From the IMG/VR virus record IMGVR_UViG_3300033068_001847, positions 120,210 to 184,209 of that record: 64,000 nt of DNA. One strand, 5' to 3'. Of the stretch, positions 20,795 through 31,322 are shown piece after piece. A program made the translations under genes and the position numbers. Under the pieces are notes generated by a model that had not been told where the DNA came from, did not search any database, and worked only from the letters and a program-made list of their open reading frames with translations. Within the stretch, counting starts at the first letter, position 1; every line of letters begins with the position of its first letter. This DNA is from a virus. Its lineage: Duplodnaviria > Caudoviricetes.

Positions 20795-22042
20795 TTAGAT
20801 TAATTTTTTAATCATATCTTCAACTCTCTTTAAACCCTCATTAATAGGTTCATGAGCAGTTAAAGTTTGAAACTTATTAAATGTAGCTTCACTTACATTA
20901 AATTTAAATTTCTTATCACCATTAGTTAAAACTAAATTACCTTTATTAGTACCTTCGATTAAGATATTATTGTATTGAATTTTATTTTCTTCAGCGATTA
21001 AAGCTGTTTTATCTATCTTATCGAAAAATTCATTGATCTTTAAATCATCTTGCTGATCAAAATCATGTGGATTTTTAAACTGTGATGTTGGTTTATCAAG
21101 AGGTGTTATAATCTCATCCATTGGGATACTAATTTCATCCATCTCTGATTTTTCTTTCTGTCCACCACGTTTGATTCTACGAGCAAGTACTAGTCTTTCT
21201 TCAGCAGGAAGAAAGTTTAATGGTAAAGCTGAAATAATTGAATTCATAATAGATTTAATCTTATCTGGATTCATTTCTTCTTGACCTGCATTTCTAATTT
21301 CTGCTGTTAACTTACCTACAAAATGATCAATCCCTTCACCAGCAGGATCACCAGCAGGATCTTCTAAATCTGAATCATCATCCGCTAAACCTTCATCACC
21401 TTGAGGTGCAGGAGCATCTAATGGAGCTTCACCACCCATTTCTGGTTCAGGTTCTGGAGCAGGTGCAGCAGGTTCTGCTTGTGGCTCTGGAGCAGGCTCA
21501 GGCATTGGTGCTGGTGCAGCATCTTGACTAGGTGCAGCAGGAGCAGGTTGATCCATAGGAACTTCACCACCTTCACCCGGAGCAGGAGGAATACCTTCAC
21601 TACCATCATTTATATCTTTTGCGAAACGCTCTTCAATTTTTTCAGCATCTTCATCTTTTTCTTCAGATTCATCTCCCTTATCTTCAGAATCTTCTGCTTT
21701 ATCCTCGTCTTTCTTTTCGAAGTTCCATGATTCATTTAAAGTAATCATCATCATGTTTAAGTTTTTTAATGCTTCAGCATATGAATCATATTTAAATTTA
21801 CCAATCTTATTTTTAAGACCACCGATATAATCAATTGTACTTTCGTTAATCACATCAGATTTTGTAGTTTTAATATAATACGAACCTTCTTCTTTAACAA
21901 TTACATAATTAACGTTATCAATCCCTTTGGTACTTTCAATAATAGTAGTTGGTGTACCTACTTTTGGTTCACTAGTTTTAATGCCTGATATTTCACGCAT
22001 TCTTTGTAATTTATCTTCAAACGTTTGTGTATTTTTTTTCAT
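20795..22042 (-). CDS. Acidic Pro/Ala-rich internal head/core protein
   Basis: Long PAPEP/acidic linker, I/L-x-E sites, late cluster. Confidence 0.55.
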   Translation of the reverse strand: MKKNTQTFEDKLQRMREISGIKTSEPKVGTPTTIIESTKGIDNVNYVIVKEEGSYYIKTTKSDVINESTIDYIGGLKNKIGKFKYDSYAEALKNLNMMMITLNESWNFEKKDEDKAEDSEDKGDESEEKDEDAEKIEERFAKDINDGSEGIPPAPGEGGEVPMDQPAPAAPSQDAAPAPMPEPAPEPQAEPAAPAPEPEPEMGGEAPLDAPAPQGDEGLADDDSDLEDPAGDPAGEGIDHFVGKLTAEIRNAGQEEMNPDKIKSIMNSIISALPLNFLPAEERLVLARRIKRGGQKEKSEMDEISIPMDEIITPLDKPTSQFKNPHDFDQQDDLKINEFFDKIDKTALIAEENKIQYNNILIEGTNKGNLVLTNGDKKFKFNVSEATFNKFQTLTAHEPINEGLKRVEDMIKKLI

Positions 22043-22059
22043 TCTTATTTATTTTATAA

Positions 22060-22299
22060 TTAGGTATTTACTAATGAGTCTTTTAACATATGTATAATAG
22101 ATGTTAAAGTGGCTTTTTCTTTTTCATTATCAGGATTAACATTAGATAGAATATCCTCTAAAAAGTGTATTTCATCCTGAGAAAGGAATATCTTCACTTT
22201 AGCTCTAGCAGTCATATTCATGTACCCACCTTCCTGAAGTTCCTTTTCAATCATTTTCTTAAGATCTTCTTGATGAAGTCTATATACTGTTTGTTCCAT
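22060..22299 (-). CDS. Small late protein with leader-like N-terminus
   Basis: YRLHQEDLKKMIEKELQE; TATTTAT at 22314-22320. Confidence 0.5.
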   Translation of the reverse strand: MEQTVYRLHQEDLKKMIEKELQEGGYMNMTARAKVKIFLSQDEIHFLEDILSNVNPDNEKEKATLTSIIHMLKDSLVNT

Positions 22300-22345
22300 T
22301 AAATATTTTATTAATAAATAGTTTTGATAGTGAAATATGTTATCA

Positions 22346-22840
22346 TTATTTCTTATTTTTTATTGAATGCTCCAATAATTTTATTAATTTTTGTTTACTT
22401 GGCATACCACTACTCATGAATATCTTCCACTCATTATCAGTAATCACTGATAAATAAATTTTATTTTTAGTAGCTTCGTTTAAATGTTTTCTATCCTTTA
22501 TTCTATTCTTGGGTTTATTATGCCAGTATTCTCCATTATATTCAATAATTAAATTCAATTCAGGGGAATAAAAATCATAATGATGTTCATATCCATTTAT
22601 TTTCCATTGTGATTCTAATTTAGGAAAGAAGCTTCTTAACATATCTCCAAACACTTTTTCTTCTTTTGAACTTTTGGGAATCCTATTGTTAACTCTCTTA
22701 GCAACTTTTCTTTGAGAGCTTATACTGTAAGCTAAAGCACAATCTTTAGAACAAAATTTAGGTTGGAATTTATCAGTCCTTTGTTTTAACGTTAGTTTTT
22801 TCTTAAAGGCTTTAGAGCAGGTTTTACATGTACATTGCAT
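22346..22840 (-). mobile_element. DUF559/Vsr-like endonuclease with Zn-binding N-terminus (putative homing endonuclease)
   Basis: CxCxxC...FCSxxC; SKEE...YDFY...IIEYNGEYWH...D; TATTTAT at 22863-22869. Confidence 0.75.
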
Positions 22841-22923
22841 TATTACAATATCATTTATACCTATAAATAGCCTTTTATATATTTTTCACTTGATTTTTTT
22901 AGCTTCTACAATATATTAGCATA

Positions 22924-23466
22924 ATGATTAAAAAGAACATAATAACTACAGTATTATTATCAATAATTTGTAGTATGATAAACGTTGCCTATTGTCAGAA
23001 AAAAGATAGTATTAAACCTGAGATCTCAATTAGAGATCATGTATTTAACGAAACTGGAGTAAATATTCCTACAAAAATGTCTAGTCAACATGTACGGATA
23101 ATGTATAATGAATCATTAAAACACGGAATACCACTAAGTATTTTAGTAAAACTTATAAAAGTTGAATCTAATTTTTCTCCTGTGGCTAAAAATGATAGTG
23201 GTGCGAGAGGATATATGCAATTGATGCCATCAACGTATAATAAATACAGTAAAATATTAAAACTTGAAAAAACACAAAGTAATAATATAATAGTTGGTTC
23301 TTTTTATCTTAAAGAAATGTACAACTTATGGAATAAGAAAATATATGATGAACGTACAAAGTGGAGATTAGCATTAGCAGCGTATAATGCAGGTGAAGTA
23401 AGAGTATTGAAATATAATAAAGTACCAGTATATACAAAAAAGTTTGTTAATTCAATTTTAAAATAA
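22924..23466 (+). CDS. Soluble lytic transglycosylase (SLT) with signal peptide
   Basis: IKVESNF, GARGYMQLMP and ALAAYNAG. Confidence 0.9.
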   Translation: MIKKNIITTVLLSIICSMINVAYCQKKDSIKPEISIRDHVFNETGVNIPTKMSSQHVRIMYNESLKHGIPLSILVKLIKVESNFSPVAKNDSGARGYMQLMPSTYNKYSKILKLEKTQSNNIIVGSFYLKEMYNLWNKKIYDERTKWRLALAAYNAGEVRVLKYNKVPVYTKKFVNSILK

Positions 23467-23467
23467 T

Positions 23468-23863
23468 ATGTGTGAAAGATTAAAAGCCTTAAAAGGTATA
23501 AGTAATGAAGAGTTTGTTAAAATTGACAACACAAACTTCAAGAGTGATGAATCAGATGCGTTAGTAGTAACTCAGGAAGAAATAAATGAATTATTAGTTA
23601 CTAGAATTAACGAAGAAATACCATTTATTAGTAATTTATTATTAAGGGTATTTCTACCTGAACGTTTTAATAATGATTTAATTCTTACTGAAATTAAAGA
23701 ACTTGCAAAGTATGATCATACATTACTTTCCAATCTAATTAATGATAAAGAATTATTTTATACAACAATATTATCTTATAATTCATCAATTAGTGATTGG
23801 ATTTTAGATGGGTCAGAAATAACAAAAAACGGAAATTATTTCGTTTTTATAAGAGAAAAATAA
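23468..23863 (+). CDS. Hypothetical protein
   Basis: ORF packing. Confidence 0.45.
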   Translation: MCERLKALKGISNEEFVKIDNTNFKSDESDALVVTQEEINELLVTRINEEIPFISNLLLRVFLPERFNNDLILTEIKELAKYDHTLLSNLINDKELFYTTILSYNSSISDWILDGSEITKNGNYFVFIREK

Positions 23864-23889
23864 ATATAAATTTAAATAAATTAAACAAC

Positions 23890-24192
23890 ATGGATAACAA
23901 AGAATTCTTAGAAAAAGTAGAACAATTATTCTCACCAGAACAATGGTACAATGAAGATTATGAAGATGATGAGGAAACAGCTAAGATCATTGAAGAATTA
24001 GGTGAACCTAATGAAGTAGATCATTATGGTGGAGAAGGTCGAGGTGATAGCTATCATGTAGTGGTACACTTTCCTAAAGTTGATAAATATGTGAGAGCAG
24101 AAGCTTATTACAGTTCAGGAAATGGAGTATCTGATTGGGAAAATTGGTTTGTGGTAACTAAACAAGAAAGAGTAATAACAGTATACGAATAA
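23890..24192 (+). CDS. Acidic phage protein with GGEG motif (probable start 23890)
   Basis: HYGGEGRGDSY...YYSSGNG...VITVYE. Confidence 0.55.
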   Translation: MDNKEFLEKVEQLFSPEQWYNEDYEDDEETAKIIEELGEPNEVDHYGGEGRGDSYHVVVHFPKVDKYVRAEAYYSSGNGVSDWENWFVVTKQERVITVYE

Positions 24193-24198
24193 ATAAAA

Positions 24199-24612
24199 AT
24201 GGAAGAGAATAAGTTTTTAATGTATATATCAGAAATTGGTTTATCACCACAAAGATGGTATGAATGGGGAAGTAACATTCCCTTGAGTATACCAGAAGAA
24301 GGAGTGAAAGTTAAGGAAATAAATAACTTAAAGAAAAAGTATAGCAATGATGCTAATATCCTACAGAAGCTAGATGAGGTGAATAATTTAATAGTTGATA
24401 GTATAGTATTTAAAACATTTACTGTTCATGAGATTAGTAGAGCAAATAATGACTACGGTGATGTAGTATTGATGTTATATATTCCTGAGTTTGGTTATTT
24501 ATTAAAAGCTACAGGTTGTAGTAATTCATATAACATCAAAGGTGATTCCCATGAATGGGACGGATGGTATATTACTGAAACGTCTAACGGTCTAAAAATC
24601 AAATATGATTAA
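24199..24612 (+). CDS. Probable paralog of the preceding gene
   Basis: Similar P-x-x-x-Y-x-x-A-x-G...S...W C-terminal pattern. Confidence 0.4.
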   Translation: MEENKFLMYISEIGLSPQRWYEWGSNIPLSIPEEGVKVKEINNLKKKYSNDANILQKLDEVNNLIVDSIVFKTFTVHEISRANNDYGDVVLMLYIPEFGYLLKATGCSNSYNIKGDSHEWDGWYITETSNGLKIKYD

Positions 24613-25456
24613 CTTCCATTCCATTGAACTGCCGATAGCTAATTATTTAGTTATCGGTTCAGTTCCTTTAGGTATACGATACTCAAAAGATATTGATGTA
24701 ATCTGTTACCGTAAAGATATACAAGTTCCGTACAATGAAAGTGATGAAATAGCTACGTTCACTTATAATAATAGAAAAGTTGAGTGTTTACTTGCTGATA
24801 ATCAGCGTAGTTTGCAAGTATTTTTAAATGATTTTAAATATACAACTTATGAATTATTGTATATTATAAAAGCTGGTCACATCACCTTTCCGCATAGAGA
24901 ATGGAATAAACATATTACTGATTACCATATTCTTAGAAAATTGGTTAATCCTGAAGATTTACTTACTAAAGAGTATATAAAATTACACAGGCAAACTACT
25001 AGTGATCGACTAAAAATTACAACACCTAAATTAAAGGGTGTAAGTAAGGCAGAATTTTTTGATGACGCTGTTGTGAAATATTATGAACACGATTATATAC
25101 ATGCTTGCATGGCTCATAAAGAGTATCCAATGTATACCTACATGCAACATGATCATAATATAGTGGAGTGTGATAAAAATCTATGGGATCAATTTACCTA
25201 TGAGGAAAAGATTCAATGTGTTTTAGAAGAATGTTATGTTATAGCTTTAGAACGCAGGATTATCCCCTTAAAAAGGGAAGGTAAAATATTACCACACGCT
25301 TTAGAAGCTTTTAAATGGGCACTATATCGTGTATGTACTACATTATGTTCAGGATGGTTCAGGAGATTTGCAATTGATAATTATTTTCAAATATTCAATC
25401 AAGTAAATCCTAATTATATTAATGTTTTTTATGAAAAAGAAGCTTTAACACATTAA
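24605..25456 (+). CDS. Phage protein with degenerate nucleotidyltransferase-like N-terminus and HDxIH domain
   Basis: VIGS...KDIDV; EFFDD...YEHDYIH...EECYVIALER...SGWFR. Confidence 0.55.
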   Translation: MINFHSIELPIANYLVIGSVPLGIRYSKDIDVICYRKDIQVPYNESDEIATFTYNNRKVECLLADNQRSLQVFLNDFKYTTYELLYIIKAGHITFPHREWNKHITDYHILRKLVNPEDLLTKEYIKLHRQTTSDRLKITTPKLKGVSKAEFFDDAVVKYYEHDYIHACMAHKEYPMYTYMQHDHNIVECDKNLWDQFTYEEKIQCVLEECYVIALERRIIPLKREGKILPHALEAFKWALYRVCTTLCSGWFRRFAIDNYFQIFNQVNPNYINVFYEKEALTH

Positions 25457-25527
25457 CAGTGCTGATTTAATCACAAAGTTATATGATATTAGATTCACAC
25501 CACTAATTGCTAGTGGTGATTATGTAG

Positions 25528-25845
25528 TTGATAAAAATGAGAAGAAAAAAAATTACTTGGAAATGTTATGTTACTAATATAACAGATACTGATTTTGAAG
25601 CAGTAATGTATGAAATTAGAAAAAACACTGATTCTACCTACGAAATAGGTAAATTTTCTTTAGAAAAACTATCTACTGACCAATTAGTAAATCTAACTAT
25701 TGGATCAATTTTCACTTATGAAATAAATTTTGAGACAGAAAGTGATAAAATTACATTATATCCTAATAAACCATTTTCTAAAAAACAAAAAGAAAAAGCT
25801 AATAAAAGAGCAGAAGAATTATTTTTAAAATTAAAATTTATATGA
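25528..25845 (+). CDS. Hypothetical protein
   Basis: ORF overlapping the helicase start. Confidence 0.45.
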   Translation: MIKMRRKKITWKCYVTNITDTDFEAVMYEIRKNTDSTYEIGKFSLEKLSTDQLVNLTIGSIFTYEINFETESDKITLYPNKPFSKKQKEKANKRAEELFLKLKFI

Positions 25846-27344
25846 AATTAACTGGAGAACAAAATCTCATAATAGCAACTGATGAAAATCTTAAAGTTGA
25901 AGCTCGTGCTGGAACTGGTAAAACAACTACATTATATCATTATATAAAAACAAGACCAAAAAATTCTAAAATATTATATTTTGCTTTTAATAAAAGTGTA
26001 CAATATGAAGCAAATAAAAAATTTGCAGATATTAATCATGTATTTTTAAGTATTCGTACAGCACATTCATTGGCTTATGAAAGTATTATTAAAGGTAGTA
26101 GATATAAAGTAGGATTTCTTAATCCTGAAGAAGTTAGTCAATTACTAAATATAAAAAATTATATAACATGTACTCATATAGTTAAAATGGTTAACTATTT
26201 TTGTACATGTAAAGAGAAAAAAATACAAGATATTAACTATAGAGATACACTCTCAACGCAAAAAGCTATAGAATTTGTTGATGAAAACTATGATGAAATT
26301 TCATATGGAGCAAGAAAAATTCTTGCAAAAATGGATAAAGCAGAAATTAATGTAACACATGATTTTTATTTAAAAAAATGGCAGTTAAAAGAAGAAATAC
26401 TTGATTATGATTATATACTTTTTGATGAAGGTCAGGATGCGTCTGAGGTTATGTTAGATATTTTTAATAATCAAAAAGGTATTAAAATAATAGTTGGTGA
26501 TTCACATCAACAAATATACGCATGGAGAAATGCTGTTAATAGTTTAAATAAGGTTAATTATAAAGAATTAAATTTAACAGAATCTTTTAGATTTAATCAA
26601 GAAATTGCTGATATGGCAATTAAATCCATTAAATGGAAAACTACGTTATTAAAAGATTCTGATGTTATAGATTTTAATATAACTGGATCAGGTAAGAATA
26701 TTAATAAAAAACAAATAAAAACAAGTGCTATAATTTCAAGAACAAATACTAGATTATTGATGGAAGCAATTAAAACAGTTGTAGTAAGTCAAACTGTTAA
26801 AAAACCATACTTTGAAGGAGGATTTTCAAATTACTCTATAAGTAATATATATACTATTGCTGCTGATATAATCCATATTATAAATGGAAAGAGTCATAAA
26901 GTTAAAACAAGTAAATTAAAAAATATTATTAATTTAGATCAGCTTCAAAATTTTATTGATGAAACTGAAGATAGTAATCTTAGTCAAGCACTTGAAATGG
27001 TTAAAGAATACGGTGAAAAATTAATCCCATTCATTACCATATTAAAAAATTACTTAGTTGAAGATAAAGAAGATGCAGATCTTATTTTTACTACTATACA
27101 TAAAGCTAAAGGTATGGAATATGATAAAGTAAGATTATTAGATGATTTCAATAGTAAAGATAGATTATATAAAATGTTGTTAAATGCTGATGAAGGATTT
27201 ATTGATAAAACATTAAAATCTATAAATGAAGAGATTAATTTAATTTATGTTGGTATAACTAGATCAAAAGGTATTATCCAAATACCGGGCGGTATATTAA
27301 AAGATATAGTAACTGTAAAAGAAGAAATATTAAATGAATGGTAA
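25842..27344 (+). CDS. UvrD/Rep (SF1) helicase
   Basis: ARAGTGKT, FDEGQD, VGDSHQQIY, SFRF, TIHKAKGMEY and YVGITR. Confidence 0.92.
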   Translation: MKLTGEQNLIIATDENLKVEARAGTGKTTTLYHYIKTRPKNSKILYFAFNKSVQYEANKKFADINHVFLSIRTAHSLAYESIIKGSRYKVGFLNPEEVSQLLNIKNYITCTHIVKMVNYFCTCKEKKIQDINYRDTLSTQKAIEFVDENYDEISYGARKILAKMDKAEINVTHDFYLKKWQLKEEILDYDYILFDEGQDASEVMLDIFNNQKGIKIIVGDSHQQIYAWRNAVNSLNKVNYKELNLTESFRFNQEIADMAIKSIKWKTTLLKDSDVIDFNITGSGKNINKKQIKTSAIISRTNTRLLMEAIKTVVVSQTVKKPYFEGGFSNYSISNIYTIAADIIHIINGKSHKVKTSKLKNIINLDQLQNFIDETEDSNLSQALEMVKEYGEKLIPFITILKNYLVEDKEDADLIFTTIHKAKGMEYDKVRLLDDFNSKDRLYKMLLNADEGFIDKTLKSINEEINLIYVGITRSKGIIQIPGGILKDIVTVKEEILNEW

Positions 27345-27347
27345 TAA

Positions 27348-27842
27348 ATGACTAAAAATATACAGAAAGCATTAGGTAAGTATGTAGTTTTAAAAAATCA
27401 TCCATATGTGATAGAAAATGTCTCACTTCTTAGATTTGGTATGTCAGAACAAGATCTAGTTTCAATTAATAAGTCAGGTTTTTTTTATGAATATGAAGTA
27501 AAGGTTTCAAGACAAGATTTTTTAAAGGATAAGAAAAAAAAGAAATGGGAATTTTATGATTTAAAAATGAATGAAAGACTCCCCAATTATTTAACCTATG
27601 TATGCCCTGAAAACTTAATTAAAGAAGATGAAATACCGCCTTTCGCAGGATTATTATATTATATTGAAGAAAGTGATAAAATTAAAGAAATAAAACGACC
27701 TTCAGCAGTTCATAGAGAAAAACATGATTTGGATAGAATAATAAAAAAATCACTATTAGTTTATTCCCAAAGAACATTTTTAGGTCATTGTTTAATGACT
27801 TATTTGAATAAAGAAATTAAGAAAAATCAAAATGGCAAATAA
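27348..27842 (+). CDS. PD-(D/E)XK nuclease-like protein (MmcB-like)
   Basis: EQD...YEVKVSRQDFLKD. Confidence 0.65.
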   Translation: MTKNIQKALGKYVVLKNHPYVIENVSLLRFGMSEQDLVSINKSGFFYEYEVKVSRQDFLKDKKKKKWEFYDLKMNERLPNYLTYVCPENLIKEDEIPPFAGLLYYIEESDKIKEIKRPSAVHREKHDLDRIIKKSLLVYSQRTFLGHCLMTYLNKEIKKNQNGK

Positions 27843-28962
27843 ATTAGATCAATGTTTTAATCAGTTATTATATAAAATAAGAACAGAAGGTTATAATAAA
27901 CAAGATAGGACTGGTACAGGTACACTCTCAATATTCGGACACCTATTAGAACATAATATGAAATCAGGTTTCCCTTTACTCACAAGTAAAAAAATATTTA
28001 CTAAAGGTGTGATTTCAGAAATTCTATGGTTCTTGCGTGGTGAAACTAATATACAATCTTTAGTTAAAGATGGTGTAAATATTTGGGTAGGTGACGTTTA
28101 TAAAAGATACTTATCTTTTGATCATTATGATGAATTAGAAAGTAGATGGGTTTTTAATAAAGCTGGTATCGAAAAAAATGATTTTAATGATCCAAGAACT
28201 TGGTCTCGTCATTATACTGAAAAAGAATTTATTGAACTTATTAAAAATAATGATGAATTCGCTGCTGTATGGGGTGAACTTGGACCAATATATGGTAAAC
28301 AATGGAGAGCTTGGGAGAAAAAAGATGGTACTCACATTGACCAAATTGATAATATAATAAACCTATTAAAATATAATCCAGATTCACGTAGAATTATGGT
28401 GAATGCTTGGAATGTAGGTGAAATTGATGAAGCTGTATTACCACCATGTCACTATGGTTTTCAGTTCTGGTCACGGGAATTAACATTTGCCGAACGATAT
28501 GATATCTATTCAGAAAGAATGAAATATAGATTTGATACCGCAGATTTAAAAACACCCGAAAAATTAGATGCTAGAGGAATTCCTCGTAGAGCAATATCAT
28601 TAGAATGGGAGCAACGAAGTGTAGACACCTTTCTTGGGTTACCTTTTAATATAGCATCATATGGGTTTTTATTACATATTATAGGTAAAATAGTAAATAT
28701 GCAGCCAGAATATTTAAAAGGATCTTTAAAAGATACTCATTTATATCTAAATCATATTGATCAGGCTATAGAACAAGAACAACGAGAGAATATATATGTA
28801 TTACCTGAATTAGAGTTAATAGGAGAATTTGAAAATGTTAATTCTTATTGGATTGACGGTAAATTCGAACTAGATAAATTTTTAAGTAAACTTACTGTAG
28901 ATGATTTCGAAATAGTAGGATATGAATCACATCCAACTATTAAAGCACCTCTATCAAATTAA
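27832..28962 (+). CDS. thyA: Thymidylate synthase
   Basis: DRTGTGT, GPIYGKQWR, SRR, LPPCH, QRSVD, GLPFNIASY and HLYLNH. Confidence 0.97.
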   Translation: MANKLDQCFNQLLYKIRTEGYNKQDRTGTGTLSIFGHLLEHNMKSGFPLLTSKKIFTKGVISEILWFLRGETNIQSLVKDGVNIWVGDVYKRYLSFDHYDELESRWVFNKAGIEKNDFNDPRTWSRHYTEKEFIELIKNNDEFAAVWGELGPIYGKQWRAWEKKDGTHIDQIDNIINLLKYNPDSRRIMVNAWNVGEIDEAVLPPCHYGFQFWSRELTFAERYDIYSERMKYRFDTADLKTPEKLDARGIPRRAISLEWEQRSVDTFLGLPFNIASYGFLLHIIGKIVNMQPEYLKGSLKDTHLYLNHIDQAIEQEQRENIYVLPELELIGEFENVNSYWIDGKFELDKFLSKLTVDDFEIVGYESHPTIKAPLSN

Positions 28963-28966
28963 AACT

Positions 28967-29398
28967 ATGAAAACCAAATCCATCCTAATTGATATGGATG
29001 ACACAATTTGTCATTACAAAAAACATTATCTAAATTATAATGAAAAATATCCTCATATTAAATATCCACAATCGGTTGAAGGGTTTTTTCTGGATTTAGA
29101 ACCTATTAAAGATGCTAAAGAAATAATTAGTTATTTGAATAGAGATTTTGATGTTTGGATAGTTACCAGACCTTCCTCTAAAAATCCATTATGTTATACA
29201 GAGAAACGTATGTGGTTAGAAAAACACTATGGATTAGAAATGTGTGAAAAGTTGTGGTTCGCTCCGAATAAAGCTATGATAGAAGCTGATTATTTAATTG
29301 ATGATTGGCTTTGGAAGGACTTTAAAGGAATTCAATTACAATTTGGTACAGATCCCTATAAAACATGGGATGATATTTATACTTATTTTTATAAATAA
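28967..29398 (+). CDS. 5'(3')-deoxyribonucleotidase (HAD, NT5C family); probable start 28967
   Basis: IDMDD, FFLDLEP, EKRxW and DYLIDD. Confidence 0.85.
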   Translation: MKTKSILIDMDDTICHYKKHYLNYNEKYPHIKYPQSVEGFFLDLEPIKDAKEIISYLNRDFDVWIVTRPSSKNPLCYTEKRMWLEKHYGLEMCEKLWFAPNKAMIEADYLIDDWLWKDFKGIQLQFGTDPYKTWDDIYTYFYK

Positions 29399-29423
29399 AT
29401 TTCTCAATTTAAAATAAATTTAC

Positions 29424-29431
29424 TATCTTTG
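29424..29431 (+). promoter_or_regulatory. Bacteroidota-type -7 element TATCTTTG heading the NAD/ADP-ribose cluster
   Basis: TAnnTTTG 3 nt before the ATG at 29435. Confidence 0.5.
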
Positions 29432-30370
29432 GTTATGAATTTATATGAAGAAGAATTAATTTTTACTAATCAACCCGATTTAAGTAAAATCCCCGGTGGA
29501 ATAAGTTTAAAACCAAGGATAGATAAATTAAGTAAAACAGATCCTTATAATATTATAATTGGTGATGAAATTAACTTATTAAAAGGTGTGTTAAGCGTTG
29601 AAGATTGTGATAATATAATAGATAATTTTGAACGAGCAGGTAATTATGCGCCTGTAACTATGCAAGGGATGCAAAATGTTACAGATGATAATATTGGATC
29701 AAATAGAATCACTGCCTTTGCACCTACATTATCTGAACTTATATATAAAAATATAGAATTCTTTTTTAAAGGAAATATAAAAACATGTAATCAATTCACA
29801 TCAACTGATTGGTGGCAACCATTTTCTACATATACCCCCGAAATACTTAATTATATACCAGTAACTTGCTCCCCACTATTACGCTTCATGAAATATGTTA
29901 GTGGAGGTAAACACTATCCTCATTATGATGCAGGGTACATTTATGAACAAAATAAAAGTTATAGAACTTTAAAATCATTTGTATTGTATCTAACTACCAA
30001 TGATAGTGGTGCTACTAGATTTTTAGAAGATAATCAAAAAAACTTACCTGTATGGGATAGAGATCATAAAGATTGGATTAGAGAAAGTTATCCTGAAGAA
30101 ATACTTCATAAAATATTACCTGTTAAAGGTGATATGTTAGTATTTGATCATCGTATTTGTCATGATGTTGAAGAGTTTTTAGGAAATGAATCTAAAAGAA
30201 TTATAATTCGTGGAGATATAATTTATAAACAATTTAATATGGAACTACAATACTTATATTTTCATTATAATGAATGGAGAGGATGTAATGATGCAGCAAT
30301 TGAATACATGTTAGGTTTTAATAAAAAATTAGAATATAAACTTAATCCAAATTATAAAAGTGAGAAATAA
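29429..30370 (+). CDS. 2OG-Fe(II) oxygenase (prolyl-4-hydroxylase-like)
   Basis: RFMKY...PHYD, VLYL, GATRF, GDMLVFDH...HD...RIIIRGD. Confidence 0.85.
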   Translation: MVMNLYEEELIFTNQPDLSKIPGGISLKPRIDKLSKTDPYNIIIGDEINLLKGVLSVEDCDNIIDNFERAGNYAPVTMQGMQNVTDDNIGSNRITAFAPTLSELIYKNIEFFFKGNIKTCNQFTSTDWWQPFSTYTPEILNYIPVTCSPLLRFMKYVSGGKHYPHYDAGYIYEQNKSYRTLKSFVLYLTTNDSGATRFLEDNQKNLPVWDRDHKDWIRESYPEEILHKILPVKGDMLVFDHRICHDVEEFLGNESKRIIIRGDIIYKQFNMELQYLYFHYNEWRGCNDAAIEYMLGFNKKLEYKLNPNYKSEK

Positions 30371-31322
30371 TTATAAAGATGTTTTATTTGGCGTTGCAGT
30401 TGGTGATGCACTTGGTGTACCAGTAGAGTTCTCTAAAAGAGAAGATCTTAAAGCTGATCCAGTTACTGGTATGCGTGAATATGGTGTACATCATCAACCT
30501 GCTGGTACTTGGTCTGATGATTCCTCTCTTACTTTTTGTTTGGCTGATACTCTAGTAACTCATGGTTATGATGTAAGAAAAATAGCTAGAAGTTTTTATG
30601 ATTGGTTAAATGATAATTTATGGACACCTCATGGGTTTGTATTTGATATAGGAAATACTACCAGATACGCTATAGATACATATCCCACATGTAAAACATT
30701 AGAGGATTATACTAAAGCTGGAGGTAATACCATTATGGATAATGGTAATGGATCTTTAATGAGAATACTTCCTTTAGTTTTTCATATTAAAGATTTACCG
30801 ATAGAAGAAAGATTTTGTATAACTAAAGATGTTTCTTCCTTAACACATGGTAATGCAATTTCTGTAATTTCATGTTTTTATTACTTAGAATTTGCCAGAT
30901 TAATATTAAAGGGTGAAACAAATGAATTTGTGATTTATGGACTGTTAGAATCAATTTTTTATTTACCTTTCGTAAAGTCTTTTAGAGAAGAACATAAAAT
31001 AGAATTATCAATTTTTGATAATTTTAATGGAACTTTTAATATAGATAGATTCGGTGAAAATTATATTAAAAGCGGAGGTTTTGTGATAGAATCTTTAGAA
31101 GCTAGTATATGGTGTATAATGAATACAGATAATTACAAGGATGCTGTTTTAAAAGCAGTTAATCTTGGAAGTGATACAGATACTACTGCTGCTATTGTTG
31201 GTGGGTTAGCTGGATTATTGTATGGATATGAAACAATACCATCTGAATGGATTGATGTTCTAGCTAGGAAGAAAGATATTGAAAATTTAGCTGACCGATT
31301 AATGGAAAAATATGAGGTCTGA
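30360..31322 (+). CDS. ADP-ribosylglycohydrolase (DraG/ARH family)
   Basis: GDALG, WSDD, GNGSLMR, TH and DTDT motifs. Confidence 0.93.
   Translation: MRNNYKDVLFGVAVGDALGVPVEFSKREDLKADPVTGMREYGVHHQPAGTWSDDSSLTFCLADTLVTHGYDVRKIARSFYDWLNDNLWTPHGFVFDIGNTTRYAIDTYPTCKTLEDYTKAGGNTIMDNGNGSLMRILPLVFHIKDLPIEERFCITKDVSSLTHGNAISVISCFYYLEFARLILKGETNEFVIYGLLESIFYLPFVKSFREEHKIELSIFDNFNGTFNIDRFGENYIKSGGFVIESLEASIWCIMNTDNYKDAVLKAVNLGSDTDTTAAIVGGLAGLLYGYETIPSEWIDVLARKKDIENLADRLMEKYEV

Noticed and set aside
2112-21730. Plus-strand ORFs antisense to structural genes (2112, 11866, 12457, 12575, 15436, 15918, 16054, 16455, 17003, 19782, 20078, 21479) and similar minus-strand shadows elsewhere
   Set aside because: They are fully nested opposite well-supported genes and their Ser/Pro/Phe-rich composition is the expected antisense shadow.
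28080-28260. Intein or intron in thymidylate synthase
   Set aside because: The extra segment is short, in frame and lacks intein C/S...HN termini; variable insertions at this position are usual in ThyA.
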